In this document: positions 26,019-35,897 of the stretch, one piece after another | Layout of the letters: each line of letters begins with the position of its first letter | Numbering within the stretch: position 1 is the stretch's first letter | Origin: an uncultured Dehalococcoidales bacterium | GTDB lineage: Bacteria > Chloroflexota > Dehalococcoidia > GIF9 > UBA5629 | Direction: 5' to 3' | Length of the DNA: 46,666 nt | NCBI GenBank assembly: GCA_964413085.1 | Contig: CAYPRI010000006.1 | Span: 1 to 46,666 of the forward strand | Notes under the pieces: generated by a model | What the model was told of the DNA's origin: nothing | The model's input: only the letters and a program-made list of their open reading frames with translations | Databases searched by the model: none | Translations under genes and position numbers: made by a program

Positions 26019-26469
26019 AGCTGGCGTGGCCTCTAGCATAAGGCCCGGTGAACGCTACCTGCCGCACCGGGAGCTTCACCACATAAGTATCGGCGATTTT
26101 ATCATGTGTACCCTGCTTACGACTATCGAAGGCAATCCAGATAAAGCCGATCAACAGCATCAACGTTGATGTAATATACCCCAAAAAACGGCGCAGCGCA
26201 CACCGCCAATCAATTGTGGCATGGTCGGTTCGAATTACCTTAACAAGCACGGCCATTTTACCTGGAGTTTGCCCTCGCCATGTCCAAAAACCAACGAAAT
26301 AAGCGAAGGAAATTAATAACACGCCAATAATGGAATAACTCGGAGAACCGGTGGTAAACAGGATTGTTAAGCCAAGAACCGCTAAGATTAAAAGATCGAT
26401 AATACCTGCGCCCAGCCTAATCCAGAATCCAGCATATTCTAAGGCAAACTCTTTTGGCTTCTTCTCCAA
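26011..26469 (-). CDS. RDD family membrane protein
   Basis: YAGFWIRLGA..ID, GQTPGK, HDKIADTYVV. Confidence 0.9.
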   Translation of the reverse strand: MEKKPKEFALEYAGFWIRLGAGIIDLLILAVLGLTILFTTGSPSYSIIGVLLISFAYFVGFWTWRGQTPGKMAVLVKVIRTDHATIDWRCALRRFLGYITSTLMLLIGFIWIAFDSRKQGTHDKIADTYVVKLPVRQVAFTGPYARGHASYG

Positions 26470-26590
26470 CCCTGATTCCTTCCAAGAATGCTGGCCTTAC
26501 TGTAATGCGCTGGGTTTTTTTACGGCAAATTCTAACAACTAAAAATGTTAAAAAACTTCGAATGGGCGCGCGCCAGACCTTGCCCAATTA

Positions 26591-26869
26591 CTATTTCTTC
26601 GTCAGTATGCGATACATACCTTCGAGTTCGTTCAGGCGCCTTCTGAGTCGGTCGGCTAGCTGTTCAGCCTGCTTAAGCGCGTTCCTGACATCTTCCATAT
26701 CGCTCTGGATTTTAAACAGTGTCTCATTCCGCCGAACAGCGGAGTCGGCCTCAAAGGTTTCCAAACTGCCAAATTCGCCGCCCTTACCCGTTAGCTGCGA
26801 ATACAGGTCACCTTCACGCCCCGTCTGGTCTTTTTTAATTTTTTCGAAAGGTTTGTCAGCGCCCTTCAT
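26591..26869 (-). CDS. hypothetical protein with C-terminal coiled coil
   Basis: GAGGT SD; heptad-like C-terminal half. Confidence 0.6.
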   Translation of the reverse strand: MKGADKPFEKIKKDQTGREGDLYSQLTGKGGEFGSLETFEADSAVRRNETLFKIQSDMEDVRNALKQAEQLADRLRRRLNELEGMYRILTKK

Positions 26870-26935
26870 TGCTTACCTCTCTTAGCGTACAATTTAGCAC
26901 ATTATCTATACATAAGCAACAGTAGTCAAAAAATT

Positions 26936-27871
26936 TCAGTCTTTCCTTTCTGACAATAGCGCCACAGCTCTTTTCAGGTCGAGCGGCAGTCCACAGCTGA
27001 ACTCTTTGAATTGCCCGCCGGCCGGGAGATGGAAGCCCAGGCGGTAAGCATGGACGAATTGGCGTTCGAGGTATGGAGACCTTACTCCGTATACCGCATC
27101 ACCGACAACCGGATAGCCAATGGCTGCCAAATGGACTCGTATCTGGTGTGTGCGGCCAGTTTCAGTGGTTATGTCAAGTAAAGTATATCCGTCGAGATGA
27201 TCTTTGACCTTATATCTGGTTCTGGCCTGTCTGCCTTTGCTGACCACAGCCATACGTTTGCGATTCGATGGATCACGGCCGAGAGCAGCATCGATAATAC
27301 CCTCATCGGGAGTCACCTTTCCCTTCACCAGAACCAGGTAACCCTTGGACACCAACCTGACTTTAAACTGATTAATAAGATACTGCTGAGCGCGGCTATT
27401 TTTGGCCACAATCATTAGTCCTGAGGTGTCCCTGTCCAGACGGTGCACCAGACCCGGCCTCATGGTGTCTCCAAACGCGGCCAAATCGGGACAGCGTGCT
27501 AAAAGGGCGTTGACCAGCGTGTGTGCAGTATGGCCCGGCGATGGATGAACAACCAGTCCGGCAGGTTTACATATGACCAGCAGGTCACTATCTTCGTAAA
27601 TAATATTAACAGGAATAGATTCAGCTTCGAGTGATACTTTTTCAGGCGGGGGCAATTTGACACAAATCCTGTCCCTGACATTCAATTTATAGCCTGGTTT
27701 AGTTGGTGAATCATTGACTAGGATAAAGCCTCGTCTTATCAGTTTCTGAAGAATAGAGCGGGAAAGTTCGGGGAATTGCCCGGCCAGGTATTTATCCAGT
27801 CGAAGGCCCGGCTCGGTCACCTGAAATGTCCTAACTTCGGTCTTTTGCGGTTCTACCATCAGACTTGCCAA
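26936..27871 (-). CDS. rluD: RluA/RluD-family 23S rRNA pseudouridine synthase
   Basis: S4 domain RLDKYL, HRLDRDTSG, GRTHQIRVH; follows lspA; start uncertain. Confidence 0.93.
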   Translation of the reverse strand: MASLMVEPQKTEVRTFQVTEPGLRLDKYLAGQFPELSRSILQKLIRRGFILVNDSPTKPGYKLNVRDRICVKLPPPEKVSLEAESIPVNIIYEDSDLLVICKPAGLVVHPSPGHTAHTLVNALLARCPDLAAFGDTMRPGLVHRLDRDTSGLMIVAKNSRAQQYLINQFKVRLVSKGYLVLVKGKVTPDEGIIDAALGRDPSNRKRMAVVSKGRQARTRYKVKDHLDGYTLLDITTETGRTHQIRVHLAAIGYPVVGDAVYGVRSPYLERQFVHAYRLGFHLPAGGQFKEFSCGLPLDLKRAVALLSERKD

Positions 27872-28349
27872 AAGTAAAAAATATAAATACCGCCAGCATT
27901 ATGCTGCCGACGGTTATGGCGGAGTCCGCAACATTAAACGTCGGCCAGTGGAAATCACCCCATAAGCGAACGTCGATAAAGTCGGTAACGAAGCCAAAGC
28001 GAAGCCGGTCTATAAGGTTACCTACGGCGCCGCCTAGAAGTAGACCCAATGCTGAAATCCCCAGCATATTAGACTTGGAAAAATAGCGGTAAAATAGCAG
28101 AATGGCTACCACGCCGACTATGGCGATTAGCGTCAACAGGAAAGCCTGGTTCACAAAAAGCCCGAAGGCCGACCCAGTGTTCCGAACATTTGTTAAGCTC
28201 AGTCGGCCGATGATTGGGACTGTTTCGTAGAGAGGAATGCTTGACCTTACCCAGAATTTGGTGACCTGGTCCAGTGCAATTACACAGGCAGCAATGAGGA
28301 GGAAGATCCCCAGTCTCAAGCTGCTATCTCGCCGGTCTACCCCTGGCAT
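27831..28349 (-). CDS. lspA: lipoprotein signal peptidase II
   Basis: DQVTK, NTGSAFG, GNLIDR, FNVAD; likely start ATG 28349. Confidence 0.95.
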   Translation of the reverse strand: MPGVDRRDSSLRLGIFLLIAACVIALDQVTKFWVRSSIPLYETVPIIGRLSLTNVRNTGSAFGLFVNQAFLLTLIAIVGVVAILLFYRYFSKSNMLGISALGLLLGGAVGNLIDRLRFGFVTDFIDVRLWGDFHWPTFNVADSAITVGSIMLAVFIFFTFGKSDGRTAKDRS

Positions 28350-28698
28350 CCTTCGTCCGGCTCGCTTTACATTGAAGACATAAGCTCGCTTGAGGTAGCG
28401 CCTCAAGCCTGGCCAACTCTATGGTATTTCCGCAAATATCACATATATCATATATGCCGGCTTCATATTTTTTAATGGCGTGTTCCACCTCAGCCAGTGA
28501 ATCCGTCAGCTTTTTCCCCAGCGCCATTCTCTTTTCCATCTCGAAAGCCTCGGTAGCTCCCTCTTCCCTCTTTCCAAAGGGACTACCCTCACGCTGTTCA
28601 TCGGCGGATTTCTCCTCAGCCTTCAGCCTTTGAAGCTCGGATTTCAGGCGTGTCCGCTCTTTTTTCAGTTGCTCATATAATTTAGGTAATTCGGACAT
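28324..28698 (-). CDS. TraR/DksA C4 zinc-finger protein (YlyA/YteA-like)
   Basis: CDICG..I...RLEALP...LCLQC; coiled-coil N-terminus; directly upstream of lspA-rluD. Confidence 0.88.
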   Translation of the reverse strand: MSELPKLYEQLKKERTRLKSELQRLKAEEKSADEQREGSPFGKREEGATEAFEMEKRMALGKKLTDSLAEVEHAIKKYEAGIYDICDICGNTIELARLEALPQASLCLQCKASRTKDARGRPAR

Positions 28699-28763
28699 TA
28701 CATTAAGATCCGTGATTGAGTCTTTTGCGAACTATTCTAGCCTACGCCAGATACGAAAGCAAA

Positions 28764-29531
28764 CTAGTCAAGCATCATACGGAGCTGCCGTATAGTGCTT
28801 ATCGACTGCCCTCGCCAGTGATTGTTGGCGAAGATAAAAGTCTTTTCTGCCAGACTGTTCAATTTCTTTATCTTTGGCAGCCATTCTTTTAGCTCCTCAG
28901 CTGCATAAGTGTAATCATACCTTTCATAGGCATGCTGATGTTCCCACCATTTGGCAGCGTTGCGTCCATGAAAACGCACGTAAGCAATGTCGGCGGTAAC
29001 TTCAGCTACGGGAGGTAAAAGATTAGGCAGCTGCGGCTCATCAACACAGCAGAAACCAAGGTTTTGTTTTCGCATCCAATCGAACATTTCCGGTTTCAGC
29101 CACTGGACGTTTCGAAATTCCACGACCACCGGCAAATCTTTTAAACTTTCACGAAAAAATTTCAGATAGTTGATATTGGGTCGGGTTGCAGCAAAACTAA
29201 AAGGAAATTGGGCCAGAACGCATCCGAGCCTTCCGGCATCTATAAAAGGCTGAAGCATATTAGCGAACGCCGAAAAAACGCCGCTGTCGGTTTGACGCAA
29301 ATGCGTCATCTCCTGATTCGCCTTAATGGAAAACAGAAAGCCTTCGGCGGTTTTACGTATCATCGATTCTACGACGGAAAGCTTGGGTATGGCATAGTAA
29401 GTGGAATTAAGTTCCAATGTATTGAACTCGTGGGCATAATAACTCAGCCAATCGCGACGCGATATACCACGAGGATAAAAATTACCTGCCCAGTCGGTGT
29501 AGCTAAAGCCGGACGTGCCTAAATAAAGCAT
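28764..29531 (-). CDS. DUF72 family protein
   Basis: GTSGFSY..W, ELNSTYY, QFP.SF, EFR, YVRFHGRN, RYDY.Y, FANNH. Confidence 0.92.
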   Translation of the reverse strand: MLYLGTSGFSYTDWAGNFYPRGISRRDWLSYYAHEFNTLELNSTYYAIPKLSVVESMIRKTAEGFLFSIKANQEMTHLRQTDSGVFSAFANMLQPFIDAGRLGCVLAQFPFSFAATRPNINYLKFFRESLKDLPVVVEFRNVQWLKPEMFDWMRKQNLGFCCVDEPQLPNLLPPVAEVTADIAYVRFHGRNAAKWWEHQHAYERYDYTYAAEELKEWLPKIKKLNSLAEKTFIFANNHWRGQSISTIRQLRMMLD

Positions 29532-29665
29532 GGCTGACCTCTATGGAGCTTCTACATGAAACCAAAACCGGTAGCTCTATCTAACCGGATTACCGTCGAA
29601 CAAAGGAATTGCTTGGTGAGTATAGCCTGAATAGTCGCCCAGTTGCAGACAGAAAAATCGGGCCA

Positions 29666-29818
29666 TTACTTATTTATTAAGGCCAATATACCCCAAACAA
29701 TAAGAAATATACCAATAACCCACCGGGCTATATCAAACCAGAATATAACTAAAATGCCGGCGATTATGGCCAGTATGGCCATAACTGTATTGCTTATAGT
29801 TATATTTCTCTTAGCCAT
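29666..29818 (-). CDS. DUF3096-like 50-aa two-TM protein (not in ORF track)
   Basis: AGGAGGG SD; MAKRNITISNTVMAILAIIAGILVIFWFDIARWVIGIFLIVWGILALINK. Confidence 0.8.
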   Translation of the reverse strand: MAKRNITISNTVMAILAIIAGILVIFWFDIARWVIGIFLIVWGILALINK

Positions 29819-29907
29819 CTGATTACCCTCCTTGATTTCTCATAGTATTGATTTCAAAATGTGTTGTCAATATTAAAAATGCGATGGGTCAACGCGAATC
29901 GCCGTTT

Positions 29908-29949
29908 AAATAAAAATAAGCGGCGGACTGGCTTGCACCAATCCGCCGC
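29908..29949 (-). terminator. Rho-independent terminator after dnaK
   Basis: GCGGCGGA...TCCGCCGC stem followed by TTATTTTTATTT on the - strand. Confidence 0.8.
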
Positions 29950-29979
29950 CGATATGACAGGTTCCGTAGCGAAGCTTGC

Positions 29980-31899
29980 TTAAACCTCTCTGAATTCGCC
30001 TTCTACGGTGCCCTCCTCACTGCCACCCGGAGGAGCGCCGGGACCCTGCTGCTGTGAATCTCCTCCCGGTGGAGGTGGTGCACCACCCTGCCCGTATACA
30101 GCAGAGCCTATTTTTTGCATGGTGTTTGACAGGTCCTGGGTAGCACTGCGCATATAGCTCGCATCGCTCCCCTGAAGAGCTGAACGAACTGCTGCGATCT
30201 TGCCCTCCAGTTCCTGTTTCAGGTCCGCCGGTATCTTATCTCCTTGCTCCCTAAGTGTCCGTTCAGCCGTATAGACAAGTGTATCCGCCGCATTTCGGGC
30301 TTCTACTTCCTCTTTCTTTCTGGTGTCGTCGGCAGCATGCGCCTCAGCGTCCCGCCTCATTTTTTCTACATCGTCCTTGCTGAGGCCGCTGGAAGCAGTA
30401 ATCCTGATTTTCTGCTCCTTGCCTGTACCCTTGTCCTGCGCCCGGACATCCAAAATGCCGTCAGCACTGATATCAAAGCTAACCTCAATCTGTGGTACAC
30501 CTCTGGGCGCCGGCAAAATACCATCGAGCATGAAGCGCCCTAATGTTCGATTGTCATTAGACATGGGACGCTCGCCCTGCAGCACGTGTATTTCCACACT
30601 CGGCTGATTGTCCGCTGCCGTGCTGAAAACCTGGCTCTTCGACGTTGGTATGGTGGTATTCCGCGGAATGAGCGGCGTGGCTACACCACCGAGGGTCTCG
30701 ATACTTAAAGTAAGCGGCGTAACATCAAGCAGGAGAACATCTCTAATACCCTCTGTAAGCACGCCCGCCTGAAGGGCTGCACCCAGCGCCACCACTTCAT
30801 CGGGATTGACGCCTTTAACGGGCTCTTTGCCGAAAAACTGGCGAACCATATCCTGTACCTTAGGCATCCTGGTCTGCCCGCCGACCAGAATGACATCGGT
30901 GACCTGGGCGGTGGTCAGTTTGGCATCAGCCAAGGCTTTGCGGCAGGGCTCGATGCTCTTTTCCAGCAAGTCCAAGGATAACTGTTCCAATTTAGCCTTC
31001 CTCAAAGTTATGTTCATGTGCTTGGGACCGGAGGCATCCGCCGTGATGAAAGGCAGGTTTATCTCCGTCTGACCGACCGTGGACAACTCACGCTTGGCTT
31101 TCTCGGCGGCATCCTTCAATCGCTGCAATGCCATTCTGTCCTGTTTAAGGTCCACGCCCGATTCCTTTTTAAACTCATCGCAGAGCCAGTCCATTATTCT
31201 CTGGTCGATATCATCACCGCCAAGATGCGTGTCACCGTTAGTCGACTTAACCTGGAATTGGCTTTGACCTTCTTCTACACTAAGTTCTAGTATAGAAATG
31301 TCAAACGTACCTCCACCCAGGTCGTAGACGGCGATAGTCTCTTCCTTCTTTCTATCCAGCCCGTAAGCCAGGGCTGAAGCAGTCGGCTCGTTTACTATGC
31401 GTTTTACGTTTAATCCGGCAATAGTGCCGGCATCCTTGGTTGCCTGCCGCTGGCTATCGTTGAAATACGCCGGCACCGTAATCACAGCATCAGTGACCTT
31501 TTCCCCCAGATAGGCCTCGGCATCTATCTTGAGTTTTTGCAGAATCATTGCCGAGATTTCCGGCGGGCTGTATTGCTTGCCGCCCATGACCACCCAGGCA
31601 TCACCGTTGCTGGCCTCGACTATTTTATAGGGTAACCTCTTTATGTCGTACTGTACTTCCGAATCTTTGAACTTACGGCCCATCAGCCGTTTCACACTGA
31701 AGATGGTATTATCTGGATTGGTGATCGCCTGTCGTTTAGCCAGAAGCCCAACCAGACGTTCACCTTTTTTATCGATGGCCACCACCGAAGGTGTCAGTCT
31801 CTCGCCTTCGGCGTTGGGGATTATTTTAGGTTCACCACCCTCAATAACCGCTACCAAACTAAATGTGGTTCCTAAATCAATACCAACTGCTTTAGCCAT
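29980..31899 (-). CDS. dnaK: molecular chaperone DnaK
   Basis: [30 protein letters not shown]; GGAGG SD before ATG 31899. Confidence 0.98.
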   Translation of the reverse strand: MAKAVGIDLGTTFSLVAVIEGGEPKIIPNAEGERLTPSVVAIDKKGERLVGLLAKRQAITNPDNTIFSVKRLMGRKFKDSEVQYDIKRLPYKIVEASNGDAWVVMGGKQYSPPEISAMILQKLKIDAEAYLGEKVTDAVITVPAYFNDSQRQATKDAGTIAGLNVKRIVNEPTASALAYGLDRKKEETIAVYDLGGGTFDISILELSVEEGQSQFQVKSTNGDTHLGGDDIDQRIMDWLCDEFKKESGVDLKQDRMALQRLKDAAEKAKRELSTVGQTEINLPFITADASGPKHMNITLRKAKLEQLSLDLLEKSIEPCRKALADAKLTTAQVTDVILVGGQTRMPKVQDMVRQFFGKEPVKGVNPDEVVALGAALQAGVLTEGIRDVLLLDVTPLTLSIETLGGVATPLIPRNTTIPTSKSQVFSTAADNQPSVEIHVLQGERPMSNDNRTLGRFMLDGILPAPRGVPQIEVSFDISADGILDVRAQDKGTGKEQKIRITASSGLSKDDVEKMRRDAEAHAADDTRKKEEVEARNAADTLVYTAERTLREQGDKIPADLKQELEGKIAAVRSALQGSDASYMRSATQDLSNTMQKIGSAVYGQGGAPPPPGGDSQQQGPGAPPGGSEEGTVEGEFREV

Positions 31900-31938
31900 A
31901 ATAACCTCCTTCACACACTGAGTTTTTCATTATTGCCA

Positions 31939-32532
31939 TTATTCTTCCGGTTCTGCTTCGGATTTAGATTTTTCCCGAGCGGACTTGGCCGGTGCGGACT
32001 CAGGAGCTTTCTGGCCCTTTCCCACAACCACTTGCGGCGCCCGAAGTAACTTATCCTTTAAAGTGTATCCTTTTCGCGTTTCGCCGACTATCAATCCTTC
32101 TTCACCCTCCTGTTGAGCCACAGCTTCATGGCGGCTCGGGTCAAAAACCTCACCCAGGCATTTAACCTCAGTTAGTCCGTGTTTATTTAGAACATCAAAT
32201 AACATTTTTTGAATTTGTCTAAAGCCGGTAATCCAGCTCAGGTCGTTGCCCTTAGGAGTAACACCTTCGAAAGCGCGGTCGAACGCATCGAGTACAGGTA
32301 GTATATCACAGACCAATGTAGCATTAGCCCAGTTCACCACGTCTTTCTTTTCTTTCTCCTCTCTCGCTTTATAATTTCTAAAATCAGCTTCGGTCCTTTG
32401 CCAGCTGGCCAGATATTTTTCGGCTTTCTCTTTCTCCTGAGCCAGAAGTTGCGCTAAAGACTCCGCGTCCTGCACCTCAGTCGCGTCAGACACTCTGTCA
32501 TCGAATGTACCTTTTTCTTCTTTAGCCAACAA
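31939..32532 (-). CDS. grpE: nucleotide exchange factor GrpE
   Basis: ADFRNYK.R, LPVLD, FDP..HEA, GY.L...LLR.P.V.V. Confidence 0.95.
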   Translation of the reverse strand: MLAKEEKGTFDDRVSDATEVQDAESLAQLLAQEKEKAEKYLASWQRTEADFRNYKAREEKEKKDVVNWANATLVCDILPVLDAFDRAFEGVTPKGNDLSWITGFRQIQKMLFDVLNKHGLTEVKCLGEVFDPSRHEAVAQQEGEEGLIVGETRKGYTLKDKLLRAPQVVVGKGQKAPESAPAKSAREKSKSEAEPEE

Positions 32533-32550
32533 AGCCTCCTAAATTGAATT

Positions 32551-33582
32551 TCAGACGTTGCGGACGGCGCCAGCTACTAAATCACTCAATATACGTGAAA
32601 TGTAGTCGACTGTAGAAATAGCCCTGCGATAATTCATTCTTGTCGGGCCGATTATACCGATGGTACCGCCCATCTGATCGGGTATACCGTAGCGGCTAAA
32701 AACCAGACTTAAATCTCGCAGTATCTTGTTCTGATTTTCTCCGCCGATTACCACTTGCACTCCAAGCTTCTCTGGTCGTCGTCCGAACGCCGAACTTAGC
32801 CAGTCCCTGGTCTCCATCAGTTCCATAATACTCAACATCCGGTCTTTTTCTGCGAACTCGGGTTGCCCCAGCATTAAGCGCAGTCCTTCAAGATAAGGCT
32901 GCTCGTATTCCATTTCATCCTCGGCAGACATCATATCGACAACTGCTTCGCTTACCTGAGCTTCTTCTCGAGAAAGTTGTGCCCTCCTGGCCATAATCTC
33001 AGAGCTGGTTAATCCTGCTAATATTGTGTTCAATTTATTAGATATAATTGCCAGCCGTTCCTGAGTTATCGGCTGAGCGAAAGACAAGATATGCCGCTTC
33101 AAAATTGCCTGGCTGAGCACTAAAACCATCAAGGCCATCGACTCCTGCAAGGCGACCAGTTCCACATGTTTAAACCGGCACTCTCTTGGCTTTGGTACAG
33201 TAACCAGAGCAGCATTTTTCACAAGGCTGGCCGCTATGGCAGCTGCCAGCTTCAGCCATTTCTCGAATTCCTTTTCGACCTCGCGAAAAAGTTTTTTTAT
33301 CCGGTCTTGTTCCTGCTGGTCAAGTTCAGTTTTCCGGGTCAATGACTCCACATAAAGGCGGTAGCCTTTATCCAGAGGAACGCTGCCGGCTGAGGTATGC
33401 GGGCGAACTATATAACCTTCGGCTTCAAGATAGGCCATGTCATTACGAATAGTCGCCGGGCTAACACCCAGTTTGTAATTTCGAAAAATTGTTTCCGAAG
33501 CCACGGGTATCGCCGTGTCTATATATTCGCTGACTATAATTTTCAGCACTGCTTCTCTTCTAGAAGTTAAACCCTTAAGCAT
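32551..33582 (-). CDS. hrcA: heat-inducible transcription repressor HrcA
   Basis: SPATIRNDM, PHTSAG, IGPTRMNY; likely start ATG 33582. Confidence 0.96.
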   Translation of the reverse strand: MLKGLTSRREAVLKIIVSEYIDTAIPVASETIFRNYKLGVSPATIRNDMAYLEAEGYIVRPHTSAGSVPLDKGYRLYVESLTRKTELDQQEQDRIKKLFREVEKEFEKWLKLAAAIAASLVKNAALVTVPKPRECRFKHVELVALQESMALMVLVLSQAILKRHILSFAQPITQERLAIISNKLNTILAGLTSSEIMARRAQLSREEAQVSEAVVDMMSAEDEMEYEQPYLEGLRLMLGQPEFAEKDRMLSIMELMETRDWLSSAFGRRPEKLGVQVVIGGENQNKILRDLSLVFSRYGIPDQMGGTIGIIGPTRMNYRRAISTVDYISRILSDLVAGAVRNV

Positions 33583-33584
33583 TT

Positions 33585-33611
33585 TTAGCACTCTCCCCCT
33601 AAGACTGCTAA
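33585..33611. promoter_or_regulatory. CIRCE operator
   Basis: TTAGCACTC-TCCCCCTAA-GACTGCTAA, one mismatch to TTAGCACTC-N9-GAGTGCTAA; promoter TTGACA(33647-33642)-17-TAAATT just upstream. Confidence 0.92.
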
Positions 33612-33656
33612 CTACTATAATTTATCATTATATTAACAATATGTCAAAATCGGTGA

Positions 33657-33690
33657 AGAAATAGGCAAGGCGGCCCTTGGACCGCCTTGC
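33657..33690 (-). terminator. probable intrinsic terminator after the Ig-domain lipoprotein gene
   Basis: GCAAGGCGG...CCGCCTTGC stem, then CTATTTCTT on the - strand. Confidence 0.65.
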
Positions 33691-33714
33691 TCGTAATATT
33701 TTATGAGAAATGGA

Positions 33715-34884
33715 TTACTTGTACTGTTGAGAAGGTGTTGGAGGCCCTTCTGAATAAGTAACCTCCAGAACTGCATCCGACCACTCGATAAATTGAGCTA
33801 CTCCATCGCCGTTAGTTGCCAGATCTGGAAACAGCGCTTCGACCTGAAAGCGGTTAATTGCGCCAGCGGCGATATTTTCTATCTCCTGCGTTACGTCCAA
33901 GCTGGTTGGCGGCTTGGTCTGGATGGGAACGTTTATCAGATTGCTACCGCTGTACCTAGGATTCGGCAATTTATCACCGTATGTGACTTTCCAGAACCGC
34001 AGCCCACCGAGATTGGGAGGACGGGAAAACGGGTCGCCGACAACGGTCCTCGTAGTCAGCTTAAGCGTTGCATTTTGTATGTCTTTCCCAGCCAGGCCAA
34101 AGGTATCGAAACTCCAAAAAGCATAATAACCTATATTCTTATCATCGTCACCAGCTCTAGTCCGGGAGGTATCTCTGTCACCGTTAGAAGCCACTGTCCC
34201 AGTCTCCGCCGCTATTGGCGTTAAGGTTGTCACATTCGTGGCCGCGGCGACAGTAACCATCACATTGCCCTGAGTCTGGCCACCCTTGCCATCACTGACA
34301 AGCACTGTGATATTAAAGCTGCCACTCTTACTGGGAGCTATCCAGGTTACTTTGTTTCCTACCCCACTGATGCTGCCGGCACTGGCTGACCAGTTATATG
34401 AGAGCACGTCACCGTCCGGGTCATTAGCTATACATGTGAGCATCGCAGTCTGCCCATACAATACTCCTGACGGGCTGGCGGAGAGGTCGGAAATAATCGG
34501 AGATTGGTTCGCACCGACGGTTATGGGTACCGTAGACTGAACTGTTCCGCCCTTACCATCGTCGACTGCAACCGTTATATCGTACGTACCATAAACCGGA
34601 GGAGCTTTCCAATCGACGGTAGGTCCGGAGCCACTGAAACTACCACCGGTAGCCGACCAGGTAAAGTTTAGCTGGTCGCCGTCTGCATCCTGTGCAACAC
34701 ATGTAATCTCAGTATCACCGGAAGGGTAAATCTGCTGGCTCTGTGCTACCAGGCTTACAATTACCGGCGGTCGGTTTCCCGTCGGTGCCGGCGTTGGCGT
34801 TGTCTGTTTCGCACAACCTACGCCCAGCATTGCTACGATAGATAGCACGATCAAAATACTAACAGCGCTCTTGTAATTGTTCAT
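33715..34884 (-). CDS. lipoprotein with two tandem PKD/Ig-like domains and a C-terminal beta domain
   Basis: LGVGC lipobox; duplicated NxxPxI...C.A.D.DGD.L.(F/Y).W....G..S.....W.AP...G.(Y/F).ITV.V.DGKGG. Confidence 0.8.
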   Translation of the reverse strand: MNNYKSAVSILIVLSIVAMLGVGCAKQTTPTPAPTGNRPPVIVSLVAQSQQIYPSGDTEITCVAQDADGDQLNFTWSATGGSFSGSGPTVDWKAPPVYGTYDITVAVDDGKGGTVQSTVPITVGANQSPIISDLSASPSGVLYGQTAMLTCIANDPDGDVLSYNWSASAGSISGVGNKVTWIAPSKSGSFNITVLVSDGKGGQTQGNVMVTVAAATNVTTLTPIAAETGTVASNGDRDTSRTRAGDDDKNIGYYAFWSFDTFGLAGKDIQNATLKLTTRTVVGDPFSRPPNLGGLRFWKVTYGDKLPNPRYSGSNLINVPIQTKPPTSLDVTQEIENIAAGAINRFQVEALFPDLATNGDGVAQFIEWSDAVLEVTYSEGPPTPSQQYK

Positions 34885-34965
34885 CTCAAACACCTCCCTA
34901 TAAAAAAGAATATCAAAAGCGGATGTTTACTACAAGATAGAAGACTAATTTGTAAATATGTGATC

Positions 34966-35328
34966 TTACTTTGTGGCGACAGCAATTTCATAGCTCACTA
35001 TCTTCCAGGCATCGGGGCCAACGGTCTGGATGCTGAAGTCCCATGCTTCACCGGGTTGGAGATTCTGCTTGATCGCCGAACCCATGGCTATGACTGTCTT
35101 GTCCTTATCATAGAAATTGACTGAGATAGTGGCATAATCTATTGTCGCTTTTGTAATATTCTGAGCTCTACCGTACACAACAGCCATGCTTTGAGATAAG
35201 TTGCCAGGGAACTCGTGTACGGTCATGTCCTGGCTTAGAATCTTTATTCCGCTATTGCTGCCGCCGCAGCCAAAAGAAGCAACTAATAAAGACAGAGAAA
35301 GAACAACTATTACTATACTGTATTTCAT
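34966..35328 (-). CDS. FxLYD-domain lipoprotein
   Basis: SFGC lipobox; VYGRAQN, VNFYDKD, LQPGEAWDF. Confidence 0.8.
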   Translation of the reverse strand: MKYSIVIVVLSLSLLVASFGCGGSNSGIKILSQDMTVHEFPGNLSQSMAVVYGRAQNITKATIDYATISVNFYDKDKTVIAMGSAIKQNLQPGEAWDFSIQTVGPDAWKIVSYEIAVATK

Positions 35329-35362
35329 CTAAAAAGCGATCCACAAAGAGATGGCTATTTTT

Positions 35363-35752
35363 CTACCTGCCACAACAACGATGAATCGGCCTAGGTACAA
35401 CACTAAGGGTTAGGACAGCGTCAGCGCTACCTCCGTTGTTGTCTTTGGCTGTCACCATTACGTGATAGTCACCATACTCATTCGGCGCCTTCCACTGGAC
35501 AGCGGAACCATCGCCAGTCAGGCTGCCACCGTCCGACGACCAGATATACTTGACGCCATCGCCCGCGGGAGCCGTTACAACACACTTTATATCCAAGGCT
35601 CCTTTAGGATAAACGCTCATATAATCCGCCTGAAGGCTGGCTATGGCCAGGCTCTTGTTGATGCCAGATTCACTACTAACAAGACAGGCACTCAGCAAAG
35701 CCAGCAAGGCAGCTAGCAATCCCAAACATGCCTTAGATACACGTGTCTTCAC
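35363..35752 (-). CDS. single PKD/Ig-like domain lipoprotein
   Basis: LSAC lipobox after GTG 35752; W...GG....G..V.WKAP..YG.Y.V.V...D..GG matches the repeats of the 33715 protein. Confidence 0.75.
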   Translation of the reverse strand: MKTRVSKACLGLLAALLALLSACLVSSESGINKSLAIASLQADYMSVYPKGALDIKCVVTAPAGDGVKYIWSSDGGSLTGDGSAVQWKAPNEYGDYHVMVTAKDNNGGSADAVLTLSVVPRPIHRCCGR

Positions 35753-35857
35753 CGTTATTCCACCCTCAGACAGACTAGTATATAGAAGCATCTGTATTTT
35801 GGCAAGATTTTAATAAGACAATCAATGAAAAATTTTACCGTCTGGTCATATAGGGAG

Positions 35858-35886
35858 TTGATATTATCGATAACATATTCTAAACT
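35858..35886 (+). promoter_or_regulatory. promoter with palindromic operator (candidate MarR site)
   Basis: TTGATA-17-TAAACT; perfect palindrome TTATCGATAA at 35864-35873 in the spacer. Confidence 0.55.
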
Positions 35887-35897
35887 ATTAATTAGAT

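Noticed and set aside
26881-26900. TTAGCAC / TTAGCGTAC CIRCE-like half sites
   Set aside because: No matching second arm at 9-nt spacing.
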